Shown: piece after piece, positions 37,718 through 51,182 of the stretch | Numbering within the stretch: the stretch's first letter is position 1 | Layout: each line of letters begins with the position of its first letter | Assembly (NCBI RefSeq): GCF_006345805.1 | Contig: NC_042997.1 | Span: 30,318,001 to 30,382,000 of the forward strand | Reading direction: 5' to 3' | Length of the DNA stretch: 64,000 bases | Origin: Octopus sinensis | Lineage: Eukaryota | Notes under the pieces: model-generated | Databases searched by the model: none | What the model saw: only the letters and a program-made list of their open reading frames with translations | What the model was told of the DNA's origin: nothing | Made by a program: the position numbers and the translations under genes

Positions 37718-38130
37718 TATTTCTTTATTGCCCACAAGGGGCTAAACACAGAGAGGACAAACAAGGACAGACAAACGGATTAAGTCGATTATATCTACTC
37801 CAGTGCGTAACTGGTAGTTATTTAATCAACCCCGAAAGGATGAAAGGCAAAGTCGACCTCGGCAGAATTTGAACTCAGAACGTAACGGCAGACGAAATAC
37901 CTATTTCTTTATTACCCACAAGGGGCTAAACATAGAGGGGACAAACAAGGACAGACATAGGTATTAAGTCGATTACATCGACCCCAGTGCGTAACTGGTA
38001 CTTAATTTATCGACCCCGAAAGGATGAAAGGCAAAGTCGACCTCAGCGGAATTTGAACTCACAACGTTGCGCCAGACGAAATACCGCTAAGCATTTCGCT
38101 CGGCGTGCTAACGTTTCTGCCAGCTCGCCG
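37718..38130 (-). mobile_element. SINE A head plus tandem second unit
   Basis: Two bodies joined at GACGAAATA|CCTATTTC, with a single head GCCAGCTCGCCG at 38130. Confidence 0.9.
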
Positions 38131-38957
38131 CATTAACTATATTAATCCAAGCTTTAGTGTAACCGTGGTGAAGGAAAGTGTTGCTGCTTGTTTTCTTTGC
38201 CCTTTTGCCTATGTTGATATTGTTGTTAATATAAAGAACAATGAATGACTGAAAGTAGAGTGACTTGGAATACCTGACGGCATTTAGTGAAGCTAAAACA
38301 TTTCAACTCAAACCCCACTCCTATGCACATTGTCATTCAATTGGTGTCGACAAAATATGTTCTGCAGTCGATCTATTCGACTGCTCCCTCCTCAAAAATA
38401 TGAGAATTTGTGCTTATATATAAAAATAAATCACCATTGTTGCTTATCTTAATTTGTTAGTGGAGTTATATAATTGAAATCTTAGCAAATACATATGTGC
38501 TTTGTATTTTGTGGTACACAGTTTTTGTGTGTGTGTGTTTTTTACCAAAAATCTCCTTTGTTCTTTTTTATAAGTTAATCAGTAGGAGAGAGTCTGTGTC
38601 TATACTTCCTTCGGACTCTTTCAGATGGATTATCCAGAGTTGAAAGATGGCCGACTTTATGTATATGAGGAAATTGAAAGGTAACGTTGGCTTTTGTCTG
38701 AATGCTTGCGTTAGAGAGAACTCCACGAAAAGCACACAAGGACAAACAGTCCATTGCAACTAATATATGCTTTATAAAGGTGTAAAAAACTTTCATTTTT
38801 ACATATTTGATATTATTTTACTTTTTGCAGACACTGGGCTGCGGCCACGCTGGAGTACAGTCCTGAGGAGATTTAAACGGAACAAATCATCTCCAGTACT
38901 TATTTTTAAGTCTGGTATTTATATTATTGGTCTTATTCCTCGAACCACAAAGTAATG

Positions 38958-39202
38958 TGGACGTAAACCAGCCAGCACCGGTTGCCAATTATTGTGGAGA
39001 CAAACACAGACACAAAGCCACATCCAAATAGATATACATATATACACAGTGGGCTTCCACGCAGCTTTTCGTCTATCAAATTCACTTAAAAAGCATTGAT
39101 TGGCCTGTGGTAATAGTAGAAACACATGCCCAAGGTGCTGCGTGGTGGTACTGAACCCAAAACCACGTAGTTGCAAAGCGAGCTTCTTAACCACACAGCC
39201 AT
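38958..39202 (-). mobile_element. SINE family C (diverged)
   Basis: GGACGTAAAC...TGCCCAAGGTGC...CCACACAGCC. Confidence 0.75.
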
Positions 39203-39442
39203 GGTATGGCAAATCATACATCAAATCCGATTCTTAATTTGCCACAATGCATTTGTCAGATTTTATATTTCTTAGATTTTTTTCTTCTATGTGTTGGATA
39301 TATAAAAACCGAAAAAAGAAGAAAATGAGAAAAATCTCCTTGTTGAGAATGAAGATTTAAATAAGAAATCGAACGCAAAGTCCTAGATTCATTTCTGCAA
39401 CAACATACTGCAACAGATGACTGAGTATATAATTAATTTCGG

Positions 39443-39690
39443 TGGAGGCGCGTGGATTAGGGATTAGGGTGTCAGCAACATGATCGTAAGATTGTGGTTT
39501 CGATTCCTGGACCGGGCGACGCGTTGTGTTCTTGAGTAAAACACTTCATTTCACGTTGCTCCAGTCCACTCAGCTGGCAAAAGTGAGTAACGCTGCGATG
39601 GACTGGCGTCCCGTCCAGCTGGGGAACATGCCATAGAAACCGGAAAACCGGGCCCATGAGCCTGGCTAGGCTTTAAAAACGCGCATTTAT
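39443..39690 (+). mobile_element. tRNA-derived SINE with CTGCGATGGACTGGCGTCCCGTCCAG block
   Basis: GTTTCGATTCC box B, CTTGAGTAAAACACTT core and GAAACCGG...ATGAGCC tail. Confidence 0.85.
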
Positions 39691-40775
39691 TTTATTTATT
39701 ATAATTAATTTCACACGGTTCACAGTCTCGGAATTTCTGACCGTAAGAGGGTATAGTCAATTTAGATCAAAACCCTTCTCCAGTAATTCAATGGTACTTA
39801 TATTATCCATATTCAGCCCGCTCCCAAGAAGACTAAAAGCCATGATGACATCAGGATGATTTGACCCCACAAGTTAAGGATAACTGATTCAATGCTACAT
39901 TATGTCCAGTTAGTCGCTGTACTGATTATGCTGACCCAATGCAATAGTAAATGATTTCAAATACAAGACAAATGCTGAAATTTAGTGGGCAGAAGAAACA
40001 GTTGATTATATGGACTTTAGCATGTGACTGGTGCTTTATTTTATCAACCATGGAAGATTCGGGATTTGAACTGAGAATATAAAAGCATGTAAATAAATAC
40101 CGCATGTCATTGCGTCTGATACTGGACCGATATTGCCAATCCACCAGTTTCATAACTGTAAATAAAAGAATTTGAAACAACAATGCAGAGATATTGGCAG
40201 GGAAGCTCACCCCAATAATATTTGTTCCTTATATTGGCGTAGGGTTAAAATGGTTAAAGCTAGGAGTTTTGTCACTTAACGCTAGCCTCAGAATATTTCT
40301 GGTATGTACACTTTTAAAAGGCCCTAGAGACGAATCAAACCCAATTTTATGAGAAATCAGAGCCTAAAGGGACTTGATTAACAACTGTAAGGAATTTAAC
40401 ATGATCATGTATCCTGTCTACCATTCTCATTACCATGAAACCACAAATGTATTGTTCGAGATTTTTTTCTTCCTTTCGCTTGTGAATGGTACTAATTTTC
40501 TCACCCCGATCAAAGAGGGATGTGGGGCTAAGACGAGTTGAACTCAGAAATTCAGGATGAAATTAAATATCTCAGGGCATTTAGTCCGGTTCCTTTCGAG
40601 ATTTTCCCCATTCCAATGAATAAATAAAATAAACAACGTATATATATATACATATGCATGCATATGCATAACTATGTATATGTATGTGTATATGTATATG
40701 CCTATATATATGTATATGTATATATGCATGTATGTATGTATATATATAGATGATGGCTATGTTCAAAGTGACAAA

Positions 40776-41625
40776 AGTTTTTAAGTATGTTAAGTCTTTA
40801 CTAGTTTTTAAGTATGTTAAGTCTTTACTAGTTTTTAAGTATGTTAAGTCTTTATAGTTTTTAAGTATGTTAAGTCTTTACTGTTTTAAGTATGTAAGTG
40901 TTACTAGTTTTAAGTATGTTAAGTCTTTACTAGTTTTTAAGTATGTTAAGTCTTTACTAGTTTTTAAGTATGTTAAGTCTTACTAGTTTTTTAGTTTTTA
41001 AGTATGTTAGTCTTACTAGTTTTAAGTATGTAAGTCTTACTAGTTTTTAAGTATGTTAGTTTTACTAGTTTTAAGTATGTTAAGTCTTTACTAGTTTTTA
41101 AGTATGTTAAGTCTTTACTAGTTTTTAAGTATGTTAAGTCTTTACTAGTTTTAAGTATGTTAAGTCTTTACTAGTTTTAAGATGTTAAGTCTTTCTAGTT
41201 TTTAAGTATGTTAAGTCTTTACTAGTTTTTAAGTATGTTAAGTCTTTACTAGTTTTAAGTATGTTAAGTCTTTACTTTTTTTTTAGTTTTAAGATGTTAA
41301 GTCTTTACTAGTTTTTAAGTATGTTAAGTCTTTACTAGTTTTTAAGTATGTTAAGTCTTTACTAGTTTTTAAGTATGTTAAGTCTTTACTAGTTTTTAAG
41401 TATGTTAAGTCTTTACTAGTTTTTAAGTATGTTAAGTCTTTACTAGTTTTTAAGTATGTTAAGTCTTTACTAGTTTTTAAGTATGTTAAGTCTTTACTAG
41501 TTTTTAAGTATGTAAGTCTTTACTAGTTTTAAGTATGTAAGTCTACTGTTTTAGTATGTAAGTCTTACTAGTTTTTAAGTATGTTAAGTCTTTACTAGTT
41601 TTTAAGTATGTTAAGTCTTTACTAG
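40776..41625. repeat. 27-bp minisatellite (TTTTTAAGTATGTTAAGTCTTTACTAG), about 31 copies
   Basis: Direct reading; variants are mostly small deletions. Confidence 0.97.
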
Positions 41626-41900
41626 ATTGTGTCATTGTTTTCATTTGTAATCTTTTAACAAGGTACATGAGTATGGCTTTCAAGCGGCTAGACTGCAACT
41701 AACCTTGTCAAGGCCATGTTACAATTCTAAAGAATAGATATCTACTACACACGCATTTGCAAGGCATATGCTTACAGATTTCAATACCTTATAAACATTG
41801 CACTGTCTCTTACTATATGTCACATTTGTTTATTTCGGATTCGTTCAGTTCCGTCTGAGCGTTTTTTTTTTTGTTACATATATGTATGTACGCGCGCGCG

Positions 41901-41939
<39 letters not shown>

Positions 41940-42203
41940 GTATTCTTTTATCCTTTTATTTGTTTCGGTCATCTGACTGCTGCCATGCTGGAGCACAACC
42001 GTGAAGGGTTTTAGTCAATATATTTTTTTTCCCTGTAAGTTTGGAATAATATTCCCTCATACTATTACATATATATATATATATATATGTATAAATATAT
42101 ATGTATGTGTGTATGTATGTATGTATGTACGTATGCATATATGTATGTATATATGTGTATGCGCTTATATGAGTGTATGTAAGTGCATATGTGCATGCGT
42201 ATG

Positions 42204-42263
<60 letters not shown>

Positions 42264-42619
42264 TATGCGTGCATATGTATGAGTATTATTTTATTGTTGC
42301 TTTTATTTTATTTGTTTTAACCAGAGGCTGTGAGCATGATCAGGCACAACGCCATGGGTGTTATTGCTACTTTATTTCATTTCAGCCCAAGATGCCTCCC
42401 TCCCAGTTTAGTTCTGGTGATTCAGTGATTTAACCAACGCCACCTCTATTTGCTTTTCCAGCACAGAAGTGGTCTTTCAACAGAGGTAGCCAAGTCACTG
42501 CTTTTCATCTCCCCCTGACTTCCAGCTTAACTCTTCTTTCTTCCTCCAAGCCAGCCAACAAGAGGCTCTTTTCGTTGCTTCTCCCATCCTGCGCACAGCC
42601 ACCCTTCGCTCCTTACCAC

Positions 42620-42850
42620 TCATTCCAATTGTTGTAAGCGTCCACAGCCTCAGAAGTAGCCGCGGACATTTCTTGTATCCTGATCTGACCTTTTTCACTA
42701 CTTGTTCCAATTCTTTCTAGGACGGACAGCTGAGGTTGAATTTATTTGCTGCTATTTCAGCTCTACTGACATTTGGGTTAACATCAAGGGCTTCGTTTCT
42801 GAGGTCATCATTGTGAGTCTCCCTCAGAAATGCTTCTACCTCTTTTTGGA
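42620..42850 (-). pseudogene. Non-LTR retrotransposon pre-RT fragment (HERO/RLE-like)
   Basis: Minus strand reads KKEVEAFLRETHNDDLRNEALDVNP...KELEQVVKKVRS/GYKKCPRLLLRLW. It resembles from memory the VKKARxxSAPG...YKxCPxLLxxLW segment of RLE-clade elements, with the SAPG part deleted. Confidence 0.5.
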
Positions 42851-45155
42851 GCTAGTTAATTTCCCTGATTTTATTTCCCCCACCATATTATTTGTTATCG
42901 ATATAAAAAGATAAGATCCAAGGAAGTTATTAGGCTTCAAGCAGACCGTGGCATGTATAGAAACCAAAGAGTCTAAATTCTGGAAGAATGACAATTTATT
43001 GGCGTCGAAGATTACACACTTACACACTTTTTCCCATATTGAAGTTACGAGGAAATTCGATAAGCTTAAGATTGCTGTATAGCTCGTGGTTAGCAACAAG
43101 AATTGTCATGAATGTTAATAAAACTCCAAATGCGGGAGTGGAACAGATAAAATCCAGCCTGGGTGTTACTTGTTCCACTCCCTCAATTTTGATCATATAT
43201 ATATATATATAGGTGGAGAAAGCTTGAGCTTTGCACGTATGGTAGTAAGAAGTAGATGGCCGTTCTGTGAAACTTATCTGAACAATTTCACAGTCCGTGC
43301 CCTCCTCTTAACTACAAAGCCATCTATTTTACGAGGGCACAGGTTTCCTTTGTGCGAGGAGAGGGTTAGAAAAGTTGCCTTAAAATATTACTTGCTCACA
43401 CAGTCCTGTCGTTATACTGCGAATGATGGGACTTTCAACCATGCAGTTGAAAAATACGAGAAGACAAAGGAAAGAGGTTAGAGAAACGGATCTGGGTATA
43501 GCAGCTCAAGCTACAACGATCTTCGAACGAAAGCTGTTAAAACTCTGTTTGATATGTGTATTCTTGCTCGTGGGTATTCTTGCTTCTGTTTGTTTACCAG
43601 TTTACGTTTTACGTTTGCTGAGTGACTGTTATTTTGCTGCCTGATAATTGGTTATTTTTTTTGTTGTATGTTCTTTATTTGTTGTGGGAACATGTTCTAA
43701 ATTGTTCTTTTTTTTTATTTCGCACTGTTTATATAAATAAAGTTATTTTTTGTTAAATTTGTTGAAATTTTGTTTTACATTTTTCTTGATCACGTTTGTT
43801 GGTATCGTTTTTTATTTGTAAATGTTGTTTTGGTTGCGGTTATGAGTTTAATTACTGGTTTCTTCATGAGTGAATGTAACAGTAAAATTACAAATGTATT
43901 TATATATGGAGGAGTTTCTGGTATTGTAAACGGTATTTCATAGTTGAGTGACTTTGCTGTGGCTTCTTAATTAGTTTAATCGACAATACGTCTTCAAAAT
44001 GAATATGTCCATGGCAATATAAAAATCCAAAATGTAAAGAAACATAGGAAAGACGTAGGTATTTAACCACGTTAATAAAAAGCAATAGATTCAACACGTA
44101 CGTGATTCAATTGTTTATGCAGTTTCAACTTACACACACAAACATTAAATGACGGTTTTATAACTATGGTTTAAATTGCTTCTCAGTATTTTGAAAGCAT
44201 ATGTAGAAGCTGAAAAGATACAGCGTTCAACATAAATACCGAATGGTATGTAGTTCTGTGTTTTACGCTCAAACTTGTCATGGTAAATTTAGCCTTTCCA
44301 TTCTGAGGTAGCGATAAAAACATTCGACTAAAATTTTATTACTTTGTATAACTATCTTTGCTTTGTGGACATTATGTACAATGTAGCCTATAAAAGCCAA
44401 TCTTGAGTAGTTTCACGAAGGTTTGTTTGGGGAAAATCTGTACATGCTAAAGAAACACAATCCCTTTGTTCTTTACATCACCAAGAAGTTTTTTTTTCAT
44501 TGAAATTAAATCATACACACATGCATACATATTCTAATAAAGGTGTAACACCAGTTATTTTACTGCTGTGATTGCAAGAAATACAAGTTATATCCTATGA
44601 AAATATATTTAATATATGTTTATATTTACTTTAAACTATGTGACTATGTTTGTTTCCTAATCTTTTATTTGGTTTAGCCATCATAACATCATATTATTGT
44701 TGTAAACGTTGATTCATTTCTTCTTCATCGAACTCTCTTCAAAGACAATTTACATGAAAAAAGTATTTACATTATATTTACGATATAGACTTTGTGCAAT
44801 AAATATAATGCACATTTTTTTGTTATTTGATTTTTAGATATTTTTGTGAAATTTTGTGAAATTTTTCCTTTTTATTGTTTCTTTTATTTTTCAAGGAAAA
44901 CATCTGTGATAGAATTCTCCATACATTCGATTCTTCCCCAAACTTTCCGGTATTAATCGTTCTGGCTCTCCGGTTTATAACTGCTCTTTTATGTTAAATC
45001 CTTCACTTTTGTTGCCACTAATGAAGGTAAATGAGTGCAAAAACACATGCTTATCTCTAGCGGAATTATATTTAATATACGTATATATTTAGCATATGTA
45101 TACATGTATGAGATGATATTCTTTCTCAGTGTTCTTTAGTTTTATCCATCATGGC

Positions 45156-45209
<54 letters not shown>

Positions 45210-45212
<3 letters not shown>

Positions 45213-45612
45213 CGCAGGAGTGGCTGTGTGGTAAGTAGCTTGCTAACCAACCACATGGTTCCGGGTTCAGTGGCACCTTGGGCAAGTGTCTTCTGCTATA
45301 GCCCCGGGCCGACCAATGCCTTGTGAGTGGATTTGGTAGACGGAAACTGAAAGAAGCCTGTCGTATATATGTATATATATATATATATATGCGTGTGTGT
45401 GTTTGTGCGTCTGTGTTTGTCCCCCTAGCATTGCTTGACAACCGATGCTGGTGTGTTTACGTCCCCGTCACTTAGCGGTTCGGCAAAAGAGACCGATAGA
45501 ATAAGTACTGGGCTTACAAAGAATAAGTCCCGGAGTCGATTTCCTCGACTAAAGGCGGTGCTCCAGCATGGCCGCAGTCAAATGACTGAAACAATTAAAA
45601 GAGTAAAGAGTA
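45210..45612 (+). mobile_element. Full-length SINE family C inserted at (TA)n
   Basis: GGCGCAGGAGTGGCTGTGTGGTAAG head through GACTGAAACAATTAAAAGAGTAAAGAG tail. Confidence 0.92.
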
Positions 45613-47423
45613 TAAGCAGGAGAAAGGTAACCTAGTATGTAAAGTAGAATGTGGTGTAGGTGAAGTGTGTGTTACGGAAAATCTTTATCTCGGAAAATAT
45701 TTATCTCATGACTTTTGGTGAAGGTAGAGTACAGACATGGTTGCCAAATACAGTTCATCGCTATTGTTATAGAACAAAAGCATAGTACAGCTTCTTAAGT
45801 ACTTTGTATTAAGACGCTACTTTCATTAATAACAATAATAATCTTCGTTCGAAAAATGCATCACACAGCTGATGCCATATTCTCTATTGTAAACAAAACA
45901 GAAGACCCGTCTATTATACAAGGAAATGAATATTTACCAAAGATTATTTGGAGTATAAGACAAGGTCAGAAAGTTGAGTCGTCTGGAAACCTCAGCAGTG
46001 GCCTGACATGATTACTATGTTCGAAAATCCATCTTACAAGCTTTTCCATTTATAGCCTACAGACTTACGATACGAGAAACAACGTTTTCGTTTCACCACA
46101 TTTCGACATCGTAGAAACTAGGTTTACAAATTTATTTATTACAATACAAACAACGTTAAGCACGGCAGCTTACTGTATCATGTTGTCGCTTAACCTAATC
46201 ATGATGTTAGATGAATAACAGCTTCATAATTATCAGTAACGAATTGTCGACAGAATTTTGCCAGCAAATATTTGGCAAAATGCTCTCATGACTTCAATAA
46301 ATTTTAGTGATAAAGTATGTAGTAATTTAGACAAATACATTATAAATACAACTTACCAAAAATTCCATTAACCACTGAAATATTTCTCTAAGCTCATTTT
46401 CGTTTAATTTATGCAAACCACCAAAGCCATAAATATTTTAAAATCTTTTTTGAATAAGTTTAAGTCTCTTAGCTCCAGGAGATAAGGTAGGCGAAGTGTC
46501 GTACTAATGACCGCTATTGATCAGAAACCCGTGTCCACAAGTATCCACTTTTCTCCAGACAATAAGTTTCTCTTTTTCTTCAGCTTTGCAGAATTTTTGA
46601 TTTTTGAGATTTCTTCCCCTTCTCAAGTGGAGCTAAGTCCCAATTACCACGTGATAATTAGAACATATGCTATACCGGCAGAGATAATTTTAATACATCA
46701 AAAATTTATGTTGTGTGTTGTTTGAAATACTTGCATTTGTCTATATTATTTAAATACATGCTCTTGGCAACTTCGAATTATTTCTCTTAACTCATTTACG
46801 GTCACCTTGTGTATATATAATTCAAATATGAATTAGAAAGGGTAGGCTGCGCTTATAGGTATAAGAAAATATATAGGTATAAGAAAATATATTCTCCTCA
46901 ATGCATTTGGTGTTAAAGCAGCTAGAAGTCATAGACAAACGAAATGACTCATATGAAATCAAAATCAAGGAGCGATAAGCTTCGGCATTTTTGTAACTTG
47001 TCAATAACGCGTACCCGAAACGAGGCCCGATGTAAGTTAAAAGCCTGGCTATGACTATATTCAAAATAGTGAGAGAACAGTCTGCCGATATGTCCCAACG
47101 TCTCATGCCACGGAAAAAATTATGTTAAAATTATGTAATAACTTATATTGTTTCGATGGCGACATTAATCTATGAACAACATAATTCCTTCTGGGTTTTC
47201 TATCTTAAACCAAACCAAGCATAACGTTGAGTCAAAGCTCAGTGAATTTCTCATTACATCGATGCAGTTGTCATAGTAATACTTCCCTTATGTAGAGTTT
47301 ACAGAATAAAAAATATCTTATATTAGCTTCAATTAGAAGTCATTCATTACATTTTCGCCAAGGAAACACACCATCATGTATGCGACATGTTTGCGCGCAT
47401 ATTTGTGCGTGTGTGCCATTATA

Positions 47424-47460
<37 letters not shown>

Positions 47461-47463
<3 letters not shown>

Positions 47464-47640
47464 CGGGAAGGTTTACGAAAATAAACAAAAGACGAAGGCA
47501 GGTGGAGTACAAACAAACAAATGTATTAGTATGGCGCTGAGGAATAGAAATAGAACAAGTCTTTTACGTTTCGAACCTACGCTCTTCGACAGAAAGATAC
47601 ACAGAAAAAAAAACAAAGAAAAAAACAAGGAGAGAAACAA
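47461..47640 (-). mobile_element. Short (TA)n-embedded element carrying a hammerhead-like motif (A6U variant)
   Basis: Minus strand 47560-47597: TCTTT CTGTCGAA GAGC gtag GTTC GAAA CG TA AAAGA. A partial copy lies at 27387-27450. Confidence 0.65.
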
Positions 47641-48212
47641 GGATATATATATATATATATATGAAAGAAGCAAGATGGCTAAATCGTTACACACCAGACA
47701 AAATGCTTAGCATTTTCCGCTGAGATTGACTTTGCCTTTTCGGAGTCATAAAATAAGTACCAGTTGAGCATTGGTGTCGATGTACTCGACTCACCCCTTA
47801 CTTCCAAAATTTGAGACCTTGTGCCAATAGGAGAAAGAATTATATATTTCTTCATAGGAGCGGCGTCTCAGGAAGACTCCATAGAGCGATAGATAAAATA
47901 CCTTGTGATATTTAGTTACGTTCTTTCTCGTTCTGATTTCAAATCCTCCCGAGAGCGACCTTGTTTTTTCTCGATCCTCCAGTATCTATAAAATTAAGTA
48001 CCAGTAAACTCATTGGATCGATATAGTCTGCTCTATCAGAAATAACTTGGAGATAAACAGCGACACTTACAACTATCCTCCGTTGCATGAATCATTAATT
48101 TATCAGTCAACCCTAGTCATACGACAGATTACATATGCACTACCACAGGTCAGGGATGACCTAAAGCTGAAAAGAAAAAGAAAAGCAGCAGACGCTTTGC
48201 TCTCTCTCTATC

Positions 48213-48244
<32 letters not shown>

Positions 48245-48247
48245 AGT

Positions 48248-48614
48248 GGTCTTTTTCGTAGGCTTTTCTTCCCACGGATAAACCTTACTTGCTTTCCCCT
48301 TTACACCATATATCATAACACTGTGATACACGATCCCTATTGATCGTTTTTTTTCCTCTTCCCCTTTTTTCCCCTTTTTTTCTTCTTTTTTCATTTCTCT
48401 TTTCTTTTGTTCCTTTTCCTTTTCTTCTATTTTTTATTTTTATTTTTTTTTTTTGTTCTTTTCTTCCCTTTTACGATCCCTCTTGATCGAAAACCTAGGC
48501 AACCCTTTTTTTTTGTTTCTTTTGTTTTTTTGTTTTTTTCATCCCCCAAAAGAAAAGCTCTACCTTGTAACTTGTCCCATCTGTGTGCAGCCCTGTGTGG
48601 CCAATAAAGAAACT
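48248..48614 (+). mobile_element. 3'-UTR-only copy of the Tx1-like LINE with 13-bp TSD
   Basis: Matches 34850-35165. TATCTATCTTAGT flanks it at 48235-48247 and 48615-48627. Confidence 0.88.
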
Positions 48615-49465
48615 TATCTATCTTAGTACTTCATCCTTTTCCTTTCTTTCTCTCTCTCGTGCGCGCGCTTTTGCACACTGTTCACTGGAAGAAGCCATAT
48701 CTTCAGAAACTTCCTGCTATGAAAAAATGCACTGACAGCTCGACACGCACCGCACTTAATGATACCGAATAGACAATATGACGATCGTATTCGACTGTAA
48801 CTGAAACTAAGAACAGAATCAGTGCAAAGCTGAGCGATAACCTCAATCCTGCTGACTGACGTTGCTTTGAGAAAATAGTAATGTCTCACTCAGTGCAGGA
48901 GATGAACTATACAAAAAAAAAGGTAAAGAAGCTGATCTGTGCGTTAGGAAAATAACGATGGAGACTCCACATGGTCGCGTGACCATCTAGAAATAGAAGC
49001 AACTAAACACTTCTTCATCTTATAAAGCGTATGAGTATACTGTATAATGTAGCGCTTTCAGTGTCATTAAAAGAGGGTGGTCACGGCTGTAATAACTATG
49101 ATAAAAAATTGAGCTCAGTCAATGATTACTTACGAATACACAACTACTAAACAACACTAATATAAAATGAATAAACAGTGTTGTTTTTTAACCTTTGGTC
49201 GGCCCTGATCGAGGAAATCTATGATCAAGAATGTCCAGTTGGTGCTCATCATATCTTTTTTCTATATTTATGACTACTTTGTCTAAAGTAATAAGTACTT
49301 CATTTTTAAGACTATATTGTTACTAGACTACCCGCGACCTGTTGCGTTACCAGAAAACTCTGATTTTCCCAGCAACGGAGTTTTTTCATTTCCATGTTAT
49401 TTCACATGCTTTCAACGAATGTGACATCGAAATCACGCGTAAGCGGCTCCTTTCCACCCAAAAGA

Positions 49466-49581
49466 AAGATTTGGCTGTTATTTCTTGCACGCCCTGCTAC
49501 CACGTAACCGGTATTTCGGTCTTTTATCGCAAATAGCTGTTATGTGGTAGCAGGAGGTGCTAGAAATAGCAGCCAAATCTT
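49466..49581. repeat. Imperfect 43-bp inverted repeat with 30-bp loop
   Basis: AAGATTTGGCTGTTATTTCTTGCAC...CCACGTAAC versus GTTATGTGG...GCTAGAAATAGCAGCCAAATCTT. Confidence 0.85.
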
Positions 49582-50171
49582 TGGAGGTGACATACGTTGA
49601 ATGTACACAAAAAAAAAGCTATGGAAAAAAATATTTCACACCGCGGTTACGAACGGGTATTTTACGAAATATTTACCGTATTTTTAAAGTTATTTTCACT
49701 TTAAAATATTTTTTTTAATATGCCAAGAATATTTTTAATGCTATTCACTTGAAGATAATTTTAAAAACATTAAAATATTGTCTGTTTAAAGAACGCTAAA
49801 ATATAAATTCTTACTGTACAAACAACTTACATTCTTGAAATCACATCCACTTTAAAATATTTCTAAATGATTAAAATATTGTGTTTAACAACAGAGAAAA
49901 CAGAAACATTCTTTCTACTATATTAATACTCTTGTATTTTTTCCGTCACAACATATGAATGAGAAAGGAAGGGGTGATAGATGAATAAGGAAGGAAGGGG
50001 TGATAGCAAAATGTGAATGTTTGTATCTGTGAGTGAACATTCAACGCTGAAAAGAAAAATCAAATGGCGTTTCAACTCTGTGTGAGTATATGTGTGTGCG
50101 CGTACAAGAGAAGTATGTGAATGTTTATATGTGTGATTATTATGTACCTTATTTATATAGAAAATACTTGT

Positions 50172-50706
50172 TGTGGCGGACGCCCCCAGGGGAGAATTGG
50201 GCTGGTCCACTACTAATAAATAGCGAACAGACTTAGTAAGAAGTGTCAGTCGGCGATGTACGCCGTACGGGCCAGTTACGCAGACGACGAAGTTATGTTG
50301 TCATAATGCGGGACATATCAGTGGCGACGAGGATTCGGAGCTCACCCAGTGGAAAAAATGTTAAAAATCCCGAGGTGGAATTTGAACATACACACAGTGA
50401 ATATATAAAAAGAGGATTCTAAAAAAATGTCTGATAAAATTGGAACTCTAACACAGAACTGAACTACACACAGTGAAAAATTAATATACACGTAGTGAAA
50501 AATATATAGAAACATATTCTGAAGAAAATATGTTTGATAAAACTGGAACTCTAGCACAGAACTGAACTACACACAGTGAAAAAGCTCGTTCGAAGGATTT
50601 TAATTCAGGTCGCTATGTGTTAATAGCGCTACCGGTAAACAATGTAGACTGGTACTACCTACGGCATTTCGAAGAAAAAATATGTAATTCTGTGTGGAGC
50701 AACAAA

Positions 50707-50783
<77 letters not shown>

Positions 50784-51128
50784 GTCCGTGTGAAAGATTT
50801 AGGTCAGGTCGCTATGTGTTAGTAGCACTACCGGTAAATAATATAGACTGGTACTATCTGCGGCATTTTGATAAAAAATGGTTCTGTGTGGAACAAAAAA
50901 ATAATTACAGTAATAGGTCCGTTCGAAGGATTTCAGTCAGGTCGCTACGTGTTATTAGCGCTACCGGGAAACAATGTAGACTGGTACTACCTGCGGCATT
51001 TTGAAGATTTTTACTTTAAAAAAAGAAACATAACTCTATGTGGAACAAGAGAAAATTTAAATAGGAGCAAAATAATTCTGCTTAGAAGAAAAAGAAATGA
51101 ATAAATAATAATGCTATACTGAAAGAGG

Positions 51129-51182
<54 letters not shown>

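Noticed and set aside
39455-39470. TTAGGG twice as telomeric repeat
   Set aside because: Only two copies, inside a SINE head.
43443-43495. CAG TTGAAAA ... GAAA CGGATCTG as another U3-A8 hammerhead
   Set aside because: The intervening sequence cannot form stem II and the cleavage triplet is wrong.
43600-44000. Third decayed PLE on the minus strand
   Set aside because: Only an AAC-rich tract and a weak THNRNQNNIY resemblance; no firm RT or endonuclease motif.
45800-47300. Non-repetitive stretch as a gene or transposase
   Set aside because: All frames are interrupted and I recognise no motif.
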